This document shows, in pieces, positions 9,487 to 18,400 of a stretch of 32,000 nucleotides of DNA; within the stretch, counting starts at the first letter, position 1, and each line of letters begins with the position of its first letter. The stretch lies in assembly GCF_000022265.1 (NCBI RefSeq), contig NC_011979.1:3240001-3272000 (forward strand). Direction: 5' to 3'. The notes under the pieces are model-generated. The model worked only from the letters and a program-made list of their open reading frames with translations. It was not told the DNA's origin and ran no database searches. Made by a program: the position numbers and the translations under genes. This DNA comes from Geotalea daltonii FRC-32 (GTDB lineage Bacteria; Desulfobacterota; Desulfuromonadia; Geobacterales; Geobacteraceae).

Positions 9487-10368
9487 TCAAAACATGCCTT
9501 CTTTGACTATTATATAATCGCCAGGTTTCAGTTTTATGTTTTGTGCCAGATCTCCATCCATTATCAAATCCTTTGCTTTGATGGATATGGTTACATCTTT
9601 CTTGCCGTTCTTTCTCAGTATCGATGTATCATTCAGTTTGGCAAACCGGGTAAAACCGCCCGATTCAAGAACAGCTTCCATGACTGTCATTCCCTCCCGG
9701 TACTCGATGACGCGCGGAGCATTGACTGCCCCAAGCACATAGATGTTCTTATCCAGAAGCTGCGGAATAAATACGGCGTCGTTACTCTCTATGATCATAT
9801 CTTCGCCCACATCCCCGTCCACGAATAGTTTATGAAAATCCTGCTTTATCTTTGCCCCGTTCCGCAACACGTACGCGTTCTTGTAGTCGGCAACCCTTGA
9901 GTTGGCAGCAACTCCTCCACCCCCTTGGCCCCTGGCTACCGGGCCGGGCGCAGCGCCAGGACCTGAATTGCCGATGGCGCAGAGCAACTGCAGCAGGGTC
10001 GTCCGCCGGTTCAGATCGAAAACGCCGGAACTTACCCCACCGCCAAATACATAGACCTTGCTGTTGGTGATTTCCCGCACCGCCACCGAGACGATCGGGT
10101 TTTTCACCAGGGACTTGAATTTGACCGCCAGGGTTGACTGTAACTCCTTGGGGGTCACACCGGATGCGGTGACGTCGCCAAGACCGGGAATAGTAATTTT
10201 CCCGTCGGGCCTTACCCGCACCGATACGTTAAGGTCCCTCACCCCCCATACGGAAATGTCCAGGCCATCCCCCTCCCCTATGACATAATCTCCGGCAAAC
10301 ACGCACAGGGGCAGTAACATCAGAACTGTCAGTACAAAAGCCGTCAATCCCATACATCGTTTTGTCAT
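9487..10368 (-). CDS. Periplasmic polysaccharide export protein (Wza/EpsE-like: Poly_export + SLBB)
   Basis: Signal peptide, then the DYVIGEGDGLDISVWG Poly_export signature, then an SLBB-like C-terminal half (IYVLGAVNAPRVIEY...). Its ATG overlaps the sugar transferase stop (ATGA at 10365..10368). It contains a Gly/Pro-rich insert (see findings). Confidence 0.85.
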   Translation of the reverse strand: MTKRCMGLTAFVLTVLMLLPLCVFAGDYVIGEGDGLDISVWGVRDLNVSVRVRPDGKITIPGLGDVTASGVTPKELQSTLAVKFKSLVKNPIVSVAVREITNSKVYVFGGGVSSGVFDLNRRTTLLQLLCAIGNSGPGAAPGPVARGQGGGGVAANSRVADYKNAYVLRNGAKIKQDFHKLFVDGDVGEDMIIESNDAVFIPQLLDKNIYVLGAVNAPRVIEYREGMTVMEAVLESGGFTRFAKLNDTSILRKNGKKDVTISIKAKDLIMDGDLAQNIKLKPGDYIIVKEGMF

Positions 10369-11726
10369 CTTCCACCTCGCCTGAAAAGAACCACCTTTAT
10401 TGTCTCCAGGATGATCATCAGATCGAAAATAAGGGTCAGGTTCTTGATATAGTAAAGGTCGTACCTGAGCTTTTCTATGGCATCATCAACTGACGCACCG
10501 TAGGGATAGCTGACCTGCGCCCATCCTGTGACCCCCGGTTTGACAAAATGCCTGCTGGAATAGTAGGGAATGATCTCCTTCAGTTTCTCCACGAATTCCG
10601 GGCGCTCGGGTCTGGGGCCCACCAGGCTCATGGAACCTCCCAGCACGTTGAAAAGCTGGGGGATCTCATCGATCCTGCTTTTGCGGAGAAATTCACCTGT
10701 TCTCGTCACCCTCGGGTCGTCCTTGCTGGCCCAGACCGCACCGGTCCCTTTCTCCGCATCGGCCTTCATGGTCCTGAACTTGTAGATGGTAAACGGCTTT
10801 TCCCTGGCCCCCACCCGCTGCTGCCTGAACAGGACCGGCCCTGGAGAATCAAGCTTGATCAGGAGCACGATGATTGGCAAAAAAGGGAGGAACGCCAGCA
10901 GAATGAGCGCTGCGCAGACTATATCCACTACCCTTTTCAGGATACGCAGAAGTATGGTGACCCTGAATCCCTGGGAGAATATGAACCAGCTGGGAGTGAT
11001 ATTCTCCAGAAGCAGCTTTCCCGTCATCTGCTCGTAGAAAGAGGGAGCATCCACCACCTCTATGCCGCTGAATTTGCAGGTCAGGACTTCCTGCAGGGGA
11101 AATATGCCTCTCCGTTCGGACAGGGAAATGACGATCTTGTGTGCCCGTGAATTCTTCACCCTTTCGTAAAGTTGGACAGACAGGGCAGGAATCTCTGCCG
11201 ATGTTTGATCGAATATCTCACTGGTGCAGTCCACATAGCCGGAAAGAACATAGTTCTGATTACCAGCGGTGATGAGCCCGCCGATCTGCCTTGCCAGAGG
11301 GCCGGTCCCGAGCACCAGCACCCTTCTGGCAAAGGCTGAGAACCTGGAGCTCAGATAACAGAGATAATGCCAGGCCAGCTGCAAAGACCCGAACAGCACC
11401 AGCGCCAGCACCAGCATCCACCCTCCATACATATGGAGTGGCTGAAAATGGTAGATCACCGACAACACGAAAAATGAAAAAATGACCGATGTGCCTATAC
11501 GGACGGCACTTTCCTTGCCACCGAGAAACCTGTTCAGGTAGTAAATCTCCACCAGGAAAGAAGAAAACAGGGAGGTAAAAATAAAGATAATTACCCTTAC
11601 CAGGTGGATCTCGCCCAGCTCCTCACTTGCCGGCAGAAACCCGTAAAGGGCGTAATGGGCCAGGATCAGAGCAAGACATGCCGCTACCGCATCCCCGGTT
11701 ATCAAGATTAGGACCCTTTTGACCAT
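10365..11726 (-). CDS. Polyprenyl-phosphate glycosyl-1-phosphate (priming) sugar transferase, EpsB/WbaP-like
   Basis: 453 aa with N-terminal TM helices. The C-terminal bacterial sugar-transferase domain shows KRVVDIVCAALILL..., DSPGPVLFRQQRVG, FTIYKFRTM, DEIPQLFNVLGGSMSLVGPRP. Confidence 0.9.
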   Translation of the reverse strand: MVKRVLILITGDAVAACLALILAHYALYGFLPASEELGEIHLVRVIIFIFTSLFSSFLVEIYYLNRFLGGKESAVRIGTSVIFSFFVLSVIYHFQPLHMYGGWMLVLALVLFGSLQLAWHYLCYLSSRFSAFARRVLVLGTGPLARQIGGLITAGNQNYVLSGYVDCTSEIFDQTSAEIPALSVQLYERVKNSRAHKIVISLSERRGIFPLQEVLTCKFSGIEVVDAPSFYEQMTGKLLLENITPSWFIFSQGFRVTILLRILKRVVDIVCAALILLAFLPFLPIIVLLIKLDSPGPVLFRQQRVGAREKPFTIYKFRTMKADAEKGTGAVWASKDDPRVTRTGEFLRKSRIDEIPQLFNVLGGSMSLVGPRPERPEFVEKLKEIIPYYSSRHFVKPGVTGWAQVSYPYGASVDDAIEKLRYDLYYIKNLTLIFDLMIILETIKVVLFRRGGR

Positions 11727-11729
11727 GAG

Positions 11730-13529
11730 CTAATTCCTTTTTTCAGACCTGCGCAACTGGGCAAGTATGTTTTTTGCCTGGTCCTGTTCGGGGAATTTTC
11801 CCAGCTGAAGGGCCTTCTTCAGCTTCAATCCGGCCTGGACTTCATTTCCGGTTTCCATGAGGGCTAAAGCCAGATGATACTGGGCATAGCCATTATTCGG
11901 CAGTCTCTCGGCCGCCTTTTGCAATAGTTCGAGGGCATGGGGCTTTTGCCCGTTTTTGAGCAGAACGTAACCAAGGGTTTCCATCACGGCAGGATTGGAG
12001 GGTTGAAGCTTGTATGCCCTCATGGCCAGACGTTCGGCCTCACTGAGGCTGCCATAACCGTCGGCATAGAGACAGGCCAGATTATTCAGCGCCTGGACAT
12101 AGTTTTCCGACTTTTCCAGGGCTGCCCGGTATTTTGCCGCCGCCTCTTTCTTTTGTCCCGACTGGTCCAGCAATACCCCCTGTGCGTACAATGCAGGAGC
12201 ATAGTCGGGTTTGTTCCGCGCCGCTTCGGTAAATGCTGCCATGGCTGCCTTGTTGTCCTTGTTTCCTGCATTCAGATCACCCAGTATCATCAGGGTTTCA
12301 ATATTCCATTGATCCCCTTCGCCCCCTCTTTTCAACATATCGCCGGTGGCTGTCGGACCCAGGCCGGTCGCTGCCTTGAGTTCCCTCACTCCCTCTTCAT
12401 TCATCCCCTTCGCCAGATATCCCCTGCCGAGGACGTTATGGGCAAAGGCATGGCCTGGGTCAATCTGCAAGACCTTCCGGATTTCACCGATAGCATCATC
12501 GGCCCGCCCCTGCCTGAGAAGTATCAAGCTGTTGAGGACGCGAGCCTGGACAAATGACGGGTTATAATCGATTATTCTTCTGAACTGGCTGAGGGCATTC
12601 TCCAGTTCACCATGGCAATAGAGGCTAAGCCCGAGAAAGTAATACCCTTCCATGGATGGTTGTTTTTTCAGGGATTCCTGCAAAAGTGCGATAGCTTCCG
12701 TGTAATTCTTCGTATAGTACTGGACAAGCCCCTGCAACCGGCTCCCCTCACCCTTGTCCGGAAAGGTTTTCACCAGGTAAGCTGCCAGTTTCCGGGCCTT
12801 TTCCACATCATGCTTGTCCAGATAGACAAGGCCCATTTTGTAAGGTGCAACCGGGTCGGCCTTATCGAAACCGGCAATCTGCTGATACAGCTCAAGGGCT
12901 CTGTCGCTGTTGCCCATGGTATTCTCAAGTGCTGCCATAAGGTAGCAGGCCTTGCTGTTTTTCGGCTCCATGGCCAGTGTTTCCTCAAGCTGCCGCCTTG
13001 CTTCCGGGTGCTTCCGCCAGGCCATGTAGATACCTGCAAGGGCAAGTTTTACGCCGGTGTTTTTTGTGTCCCCCTGCATGGATTGCAGCAGGTAGCGTTC
13101 GGCCTGTTCAAGGTTTTTCTGCAGGGCATAGCTTTCTCCGATCAAGCCCAGCGCCTCTGCGGTACGGCCATTGCTTTTCAGGTATTCTTCAACTTCGGCA
13201 CGGGCCTGTTCAGGCTTTCCCATGGTGTTGTAAAGCCTTGCCAGGTCCAGATGTACCGTACTTTTTGCAGGATTTTGCTCCAGTACCTGCAGGAACTCCT
13301 TTTCCGCCTGTTCGTGCTTGTTGGCCTTCACATAAGCCAAAGCCAGCTGATATCGCGCACTCAGATACTCGGGATCCTTTTCCAGGGCATTCTTCAACAA
13401 CACTATCGCGCCGCCGGCGTTGCCTTTGCCGATCTGACTGATTCCCTCGGCATATAGCTCTTCCTTTGCCTTGCTGCTGCAACCGGGCAAGATGAAGATT
13501 AAGACGAGCAACACGAGAAACTTTAGCAA
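11730..13529 (-). CDS. TPR-repeat lipoprotein (PrsT-like, PEP-CTERM system-associated)
   Basis: TPR repeats run throughout. The track start at 13586 is a TTG with no SD. The in-frame TTG at 13529 is preceded by GGAGGA (13542..13537, 7-nt spacer). It yields an ideal lipoprotein signal peptide, MLKFLVLLVLIFILPG|CSS. Confidence 0.75.
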   Translation of the reverse strand: MLKFLVLLVLIFILPGCSSKAKEELYAEGISQIGKGNAGGAIVLLKNALEKDPEYLSARYQLALAYVKANKHEQAEKEFLQVLEQNPAKSTVHLDLARLYNTMGKPEQARAEVEEYLKSNGRTAEALGLIGESYALQKNLEQAERYLLQSMQGDTKNTGVKLALAGIYMAWRKHPEARRQLEETLAMEPKNSKACYLMAALENTMGNSDRALELYQQIAGFDKADPVAPYKMGLVYLDKHDVEKARKLAAYLVKTFPDKGEGSRLQGLVQYYTKNYTEAIALLQESLKKQPSMEGYYFLGLSLYCHGELENALSQFRRIIDYNPSFVQARVLNSLILLRQGRADDAIGEIRKVLQIDPGHAFAHNVLGRGYLAKGMNEEGVRELKAATGLGPTATGDMLKRGGEGDQWNIETLMILGDLNAGNKDNKAAMAAFTEAARNKPDYAPALYAQGVLLDQSGQKKEAAAKYRAALEKSENYVQALNNLACLYADGYGSLSEAERLAMRAYKLQPSNPAVMETLGYVLLKNGQKPHALELLQKAAERLPNNGYAQYHLALALMETGNEVQAGLKLKKALQLGKFPEQDQAKNILAQLRRSEKRN

Positions 13530-13684
13530 AACCGAATCCTCCAGCCATGGATTGTGAACAGTATTTCGCCTTACCGGAAAGTCCAATGTGATCTGGGCGG
13601 TTTACTCGAGGACTCCTCAGGGACCAAACCCGTGCGGGGGACCAGCAAGTTAATTATTTTTCTATTATTTAAATAGCTTAATTT

Positions 13685-13712
13685 AATTTACCGCAGCACG
13701 GTGCGATGTCAA
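13685..13712 (-). promoter_or_regulatory. Candidate sigma70 promoter for the EPS operon
   Basis: Minus strand reads TTGACA (13712..13707), N16, TAAATT (13690..13685), inside an AT-rich stretch about 155 nt upstream of the TPR lipoprotein start. Confidence 0.3.
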
Positions 13713-13910
13713 GGCAGATCAAAGGAAAAGAATAAGGATGACAGAGGGTGTTTTGATAAGGATTTGAGAGAGGAAAATGGCTATGGCAGCCCACAGGCCA
13801 ATTTTAATAATGGGGGGTTACACGAGTAAGGAGAAGATTGCGGCACAATGGGGAGATTTTCCCCTCACTATTCGTAGGGGGAATTTCCTGGAGAGATGCA
13901 AGGTTGCAGT

Positions 13911-14408
13911 TCAACGGGTAGTGTCTTTTATTTCCTGTCCCGAGCTTACAAAGGAGATGCCTTGTCCGGACTTCATGCCGATCATCACGCTTTCTATGAC
14001 AGGAACATTTACTTCTTTCTGCGAAGTCCATCTGACGATAAAATTGGCGCCAGTACCGCCCGTTGTATCCTCCTCAGGAATAAAAATATCCGTTGACTCC
14101 AAAGGTCCGAGGGTTACTGGTTGTTGGTAGTATTTTCTCACCAACCTACCCTTTGTATCATAGTAATCCGCAGCAACAATTTTGATAGGATTCCACATAT
14201 CCGTATTCCTGATACTTAAAATAGTTGCCAGATTGAATGGAATCTTTTTTGGGGCGCTGAAGATATTGGAATAGACGGGCACATATAAGATTTGTCCTTT
14301 TGAAGCCCTGTATTCTGTTCCTGCAAACGCGATTTGGCCAATAGACAAAAGCATGACAAGTAATATACAGATGGTAAGTAATTTGTTGCACTGACATCGG
14401 TATGTCAT
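13911..14408 (-). CDS. Secreted DUF3124-like protein
   Basis: The preferred ATG at 14408 is preceded by AGGAG with a 6-nt spacer and gives the signal peptide MTYRCQCNKLLTICILLVMLLSIGQIAFAG. Motifs GQILYVPVYSNIF, LATILSIRNTD, YYDTKGRL, GGTGANFIVRW and VIESVMIG...GQGISFVSSG match my memory of the DUF3124 family. Confidence 0.65.
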   Translation of the reverse strand: MTYRCQCNKLLTICILLVMLLSIGQIAFAGTEYRASKGQILYVPVYSNIFSAPKKIPFNLATILSIRNTDMWNPIKIVAADYYDTKGRLVRKYYQQPVTLGPLESTDIFIPEEDTTGGTGANFIVRWTSQKEVNVPVIESVMIGMKSGQGISFVSSGQEIKDTTR

Positions 14409-14457
14409 AAGAGTCTCCTGATATCTCATTTTATGGATACAGAGCCGGATCAATTTG

Positions 14458-14889
14458 TCAGTTTCTACTTTCAAAAAGATAGTCAAAATCATCGATATAT
14501 TGAATGCCGTTGATTTTCCATGTATTCAAGGGTTTATAGAAGGTGAAACGCCAAAGCAGCGAGTGGTTCTCGAATTTATGCAGATAATAATAGCGAACGA
14601 AGGATTTTCCTATACTCTCTTCTCTCACAAATTCTTTGCCGGTAGCCTTTCCGAAACGTTGTTGAACCACCGGCCATTGGGTTGCTATTTGATTTGCAAG
14701 CCCGTCTATTTCCACTTCCGGCAGAGGCCAGAATGGTTTGGCCAGCTCCAGCCCCTTTTTGAAGTCAGCCTTGATAAAGTAACCGACGATATTTTCAGAC
14801 AGTTCCTTAGCTTCCTTTGTCGTTTGCAGCTCGCCTGCCAGAGAAAACTGCGGGATCAGCCACAATAAAACGAAAATAATTTTTCTCAT
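14458..14889 (-). CDS. Small secreted protein of unknown function
   Basis: The track start at 14892 is a GTG. The ATG at 14889 follows GGAGAG. The signal peptide is MRKIIFVLLWLIPQFSLA|GE. I recognise no family. It is AT-rich and lies 49 nt upstream of the DUF3124-like gene on the same strand. Confidence 0.55.
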   Translation of the reverse strand: MRKIIFVLLWLIPQFSLAGELQTTKEAKELSENIVGYFIKADFKKGLELAKPFWPLPEVEIDGLANQIATQWPVVQQRFGKATGKEFVREESIGKSFVRYYYLHKFENHSLLWRFTFYKPLNTWKINGIQYIDDFDYLFESRN

Positions 14890-14945
14890 CACACTCTCCA
14901 GGTCTCTTTAACGAGATGTGAATACAACTTTTCCAACACGGGCGC

Positions 14946-14974
14946 ACTATATAACTACCGTCCATTCTTGTCAA
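14946..14974 (-). promoter_or_regulatory. Candidate sigma70 promoter for the two small secreted-protein genes
   Basis: Minus strand reads TTGACA (14974..14969), N17, TATAGT (14951..14946), about 55 nt upstream of the ATG at 14889. Confidence 0.4.
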
Positions 14975-15295
14975 AGGTGAAACACCAGATATTGGATGCA
15001 GGTCCGCCAAACACGGGCATTGCTGGACATCGTCCGTGTTGCTTTTTTACAGATTCAATTTCGCGGAACCTGTGGGTAGAGGGTAGAAAAAATTAGAGCA
15101 TTGCTGGTTATCTTCCTGTTGTTCAAAGCGAATGTGAGGTTTTCTACGATTCAATCATGTCAGCCTTCGGGCGGCAAGGTACGTCATGGGGGGTCCGGAG
15201 ACATTGCCCTTTGCCCCGCCCCCCCCAATTATCGGGACTTGACGGCCCATAAGCCGGATTTGTGCGCGTAATTATCCAGCACCACAAATTGATGC

Positions 15296-15325
15296 TTGAC
15301 AATTTATAATTACGACAATTATATT
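15296..15325 (+). promoter_or_regulatory. Candidate sigma70 promoter for the S8 protease gene
   Basis: TTGACA (15296..15301), N18, TATATT (15320..15325). The alternative is N17 with TTATAT. The region is AT-rich and about 165 nt upstream of the ATG at 15492. Confidence 0.35.
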
Positions 15326-15491
15326 AACCATTCTTAAATACCTCCCGTTATTCTTCATACCATCCCCTTATTTTTGATTGTTCCACCTAAACCGTTACTG
15401 CCGGCTGCATCAAATTACCCAAAAGATTCATAGTTCGTTGTGTTGACGCTTGTTATTTTCTGCAGCAGCAAAAAAAACAGAGGAGGATGCA

Positions 15492-18400
15492 ATGTACAGG
15501 TACAGGCTAAGCAGGATGCTGGGATTGTTGTTGCCGGTATTGATCATTCTTGGCGGGGTGGGAATCTCACACGCCCAGAACCGAGTGCAGATCAACGGTT
15601 ACAACTTCGACCTGAAAGAAGGAGAACCTTCCGTTCCGGCAGTACTCGATACTGCGGACGAGCAGGAGCCTGACAAGGGACCGCCAGAGAACGGACGGCA
15701 GAAAAAAAGAAGCGACAGAAAGTGGATCGTTCAGTTCGACGGCCCAGTGCATGAGGCAGACAAGAAGCAATTGGCCGAACTTGGAGCCCGAATCGGAGAT
15801 TATGTCCCCGATTTCGCATTTATCGTCAGCATGGACAATAAGACGACAAATGAGGTGAAAAAGCTACCCTTCGTAAGCGGTGTCGTGCGGTACAAGCCCG
15901 CTTACAAGATTCACCAGAATCTCAAGGACGAGAGCGGTGAGCTGAGAGTACAAAAAGGAAAGAAGGTAAAGCTTCATATCAAGCTGGACAGCAAGGAAAA
16001 TCAATCACAGGTATTGTCCATTGTTCATGGGAAGAAAGGAAAAGTCCTCGATGTAAGCGGCGATTTGCTCCGGGTGGAGGTAAACCAGGAGGATATTGCC
16101 CAGTTGGCCCAGATCGAAGAAGTGCTTTCCGTCGAAGAAGCAACTGATCTTCAGCTCCTTAATGACACCTCCAAATGGGTCATACAGACCTACACTTCGA
16201 ATAATACCAAGATATGGGACCATGGGCTCCACGGAGAAGGCCAGATCGTGGGCATCGGCGACAGTGGGATCGACTACGACATGCCCTGGTTCCGTGATCC
16301 GGCAGGGACAACCATCGGGCCTATGCACCGGAAGGTCGTCGGTTACGATCCGACCTACGGCGATGATTACGATTCCAACTCCGGTCATGGAACCCATGTG
16401 GCCGGCTCTGTGGGTGGCGACCGTACCCCCGTCGACGGCCTTGCAAACGCTAACGGCATGGCCCCCAAATCCAGGTTCTTTCTCCAGGATATCAGCCCCG
16501 GTGAAACAAGGTATGTCTACCCACCTTCAGACTTGGGTCTCATGTTCATAACTGCGTATAACGCAGGCGCCAGGCTTCATACCAACAGTTGGGGGGGCGG
16601 CGGCAGTTCCTATAATGCAGCTGCAATGAGCGTCGACCGCTTCATGTGGGAACATAAAGACTTCCTGGCCCTTTTCGCCAATGGTAACGCCGGTCCCGGA
16701 GTCGGCAGTGTGGGATACCCGGCTTCAGCCAAGAGCGTTGTCAGCGTCGGGGCCACGGAAAATGGAACAGGTGCAGAAAATATCGCCTCCTTCAGCTCAA
16801 ATGGCCCCACTGCAGACGGCCGCATCAAGCCAACAATAACAGCGCCGGGAGTCAATATCATCTCGGCTGACTCCGACGGAATCAAAAACAGCAACAACAG
16901 CGGCACCCTCTCCTATAGCGGTACTTCCATGGCCACTCCCACGGTGGCTGGAGCAGCGGCATTGGTCAGGCAGTATTACACCGAAGGTTTCTACCCAGGG
17001 GGAGCGGCCAATTCTGCTAATGCCTTCACACCCTCAGCCGCCCTCATCAAGGCAACCCTGGTGAACAGCGGCCAGAACATGAGCGGCAGTAACACCGACG
17101 ACGTGATCCCTTCCAGCGGTCAAGGGTGGGGAAGGATCAATATTTCAAAAACCCTCAGCTTCAGCGGTGACGCGAATACGCTTGAAGTCCTGGACAATAA
17201 CACCGGATTGGCCACCGGCGAAAGCTGGAGTCAGCCCTACTTTGTCACCGGCGACCATGCCCTGAAGGCGACCCTTGTCTGGACAGACTATCCCGGTGCA
17301 GTAGGCGCCGCAAAGGCGCTCGTCAACGATCTGGACCTGACAATTACGGCACCAGACGGGACCACATATACCGGGAACGTCTTCTCCAACGGCGAATCAG
17401 CGGCCGGCGGCAATGCCGACAGGCTGAACGTGGAAGAGCAGATCCTCATCAAAGCGCCGAATAAAGGCACCTATACCATCACCATCAGCGGGTATAACAT
17501 TCCGAACGGGCCACAACCGTTCGCCCTTGTCCTTACCGGCGCTTCCGGGGTAACCTCCAAAGGGATGATCAGTCTCAACAAGAACAGGTACAACGCAGCC
17601 GGCACCGTAGAGATAAAGGTGGCCGACCTCGACCTCAATAGCGACAGCACAACACTTCAGGAAGTATATGTAAACATAAAGAGCGACACGGAGCAGGCAG
17701 GCGAGCGTGTGAGACTTGTTGAAACCACCCCCGACTCGTCAGTCTTTACCGGCACGGTCGGCCTCAGGCTCGGTGCTCCGGCCTCAAACAACGGTTATCT
17801 TGAGGTAATCGGGGGCAACACCGTTACCGGTACCTATGAGGACGCCAACGACGGTACTGGGTCTCCGGCCACGGCAACCGCTACGGCCCTGATCGATATC
17901 ACCCCCCCGGTCATATCGTCGGTAACCGTTGATTCCATATCCGATATCGGTGCAACAGCCGCATGGCTGACAGACGAACCGGCCGATTCTACCATTAACT
18001 ACGGTGAAACAGGCGCCCTCGGCTCCTATAAATCCGACTTCAAACTGTCAACCCAGCATGGTATCGGCCTTGGAAACCTCAAAGAAGCCAAGACCTACTA
18101 CTATGAGCTTTATTCGACCGACGAGGCCGGAAACCTTGTAAAAAGCGACAACGGCGGAAGACTATACAGCTTCACCACGGCAAACGTTCCACCGGAACTG
18201 ACCGCCAACTCCTCGAACGGCTATGACACGTATCTCCCCGAGTCGAACATATACGGGACTGCGACCGACCATTCCGGAATCGCCTCGATTACGGTCAACG
18301 GGACGGAAGCCACTTACCGTTCAAGCGACGGATATTATGAACTGGCGGTTCCACTGACACTGGGAATGAATAACTTCACCGTCATTGCCACCGATACTCT

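Noticed and set aside
12612-13457. 281-aa plus-strand ORF (and 12977..13441, 11937..12557) antisense to the TPR lipoprotein gene
   Set aside because: These antisense ORFs lie within a well-supported TPR gene. They show no motifs, no SD and unusual composition.
13777-14130. 117-aa plus-strand ORF
   Set aside because: It is largely antisense to the DUF3124-like gene, which has a signal peptide, an SD and family motifs. Nothing supports the plus-strand ORF.
14893-15491. c-di-GMP/cGAMP (GEMM-type) riboswitch upstream of the protease, as is common in Geobacter
   Set aside because: I could not find the conserved GEMM core elements (the ...GCAAA...GACGCAAAGC... type) on either strand. A covariance-model scan (Rfam/Infernal) would be the decisive test.
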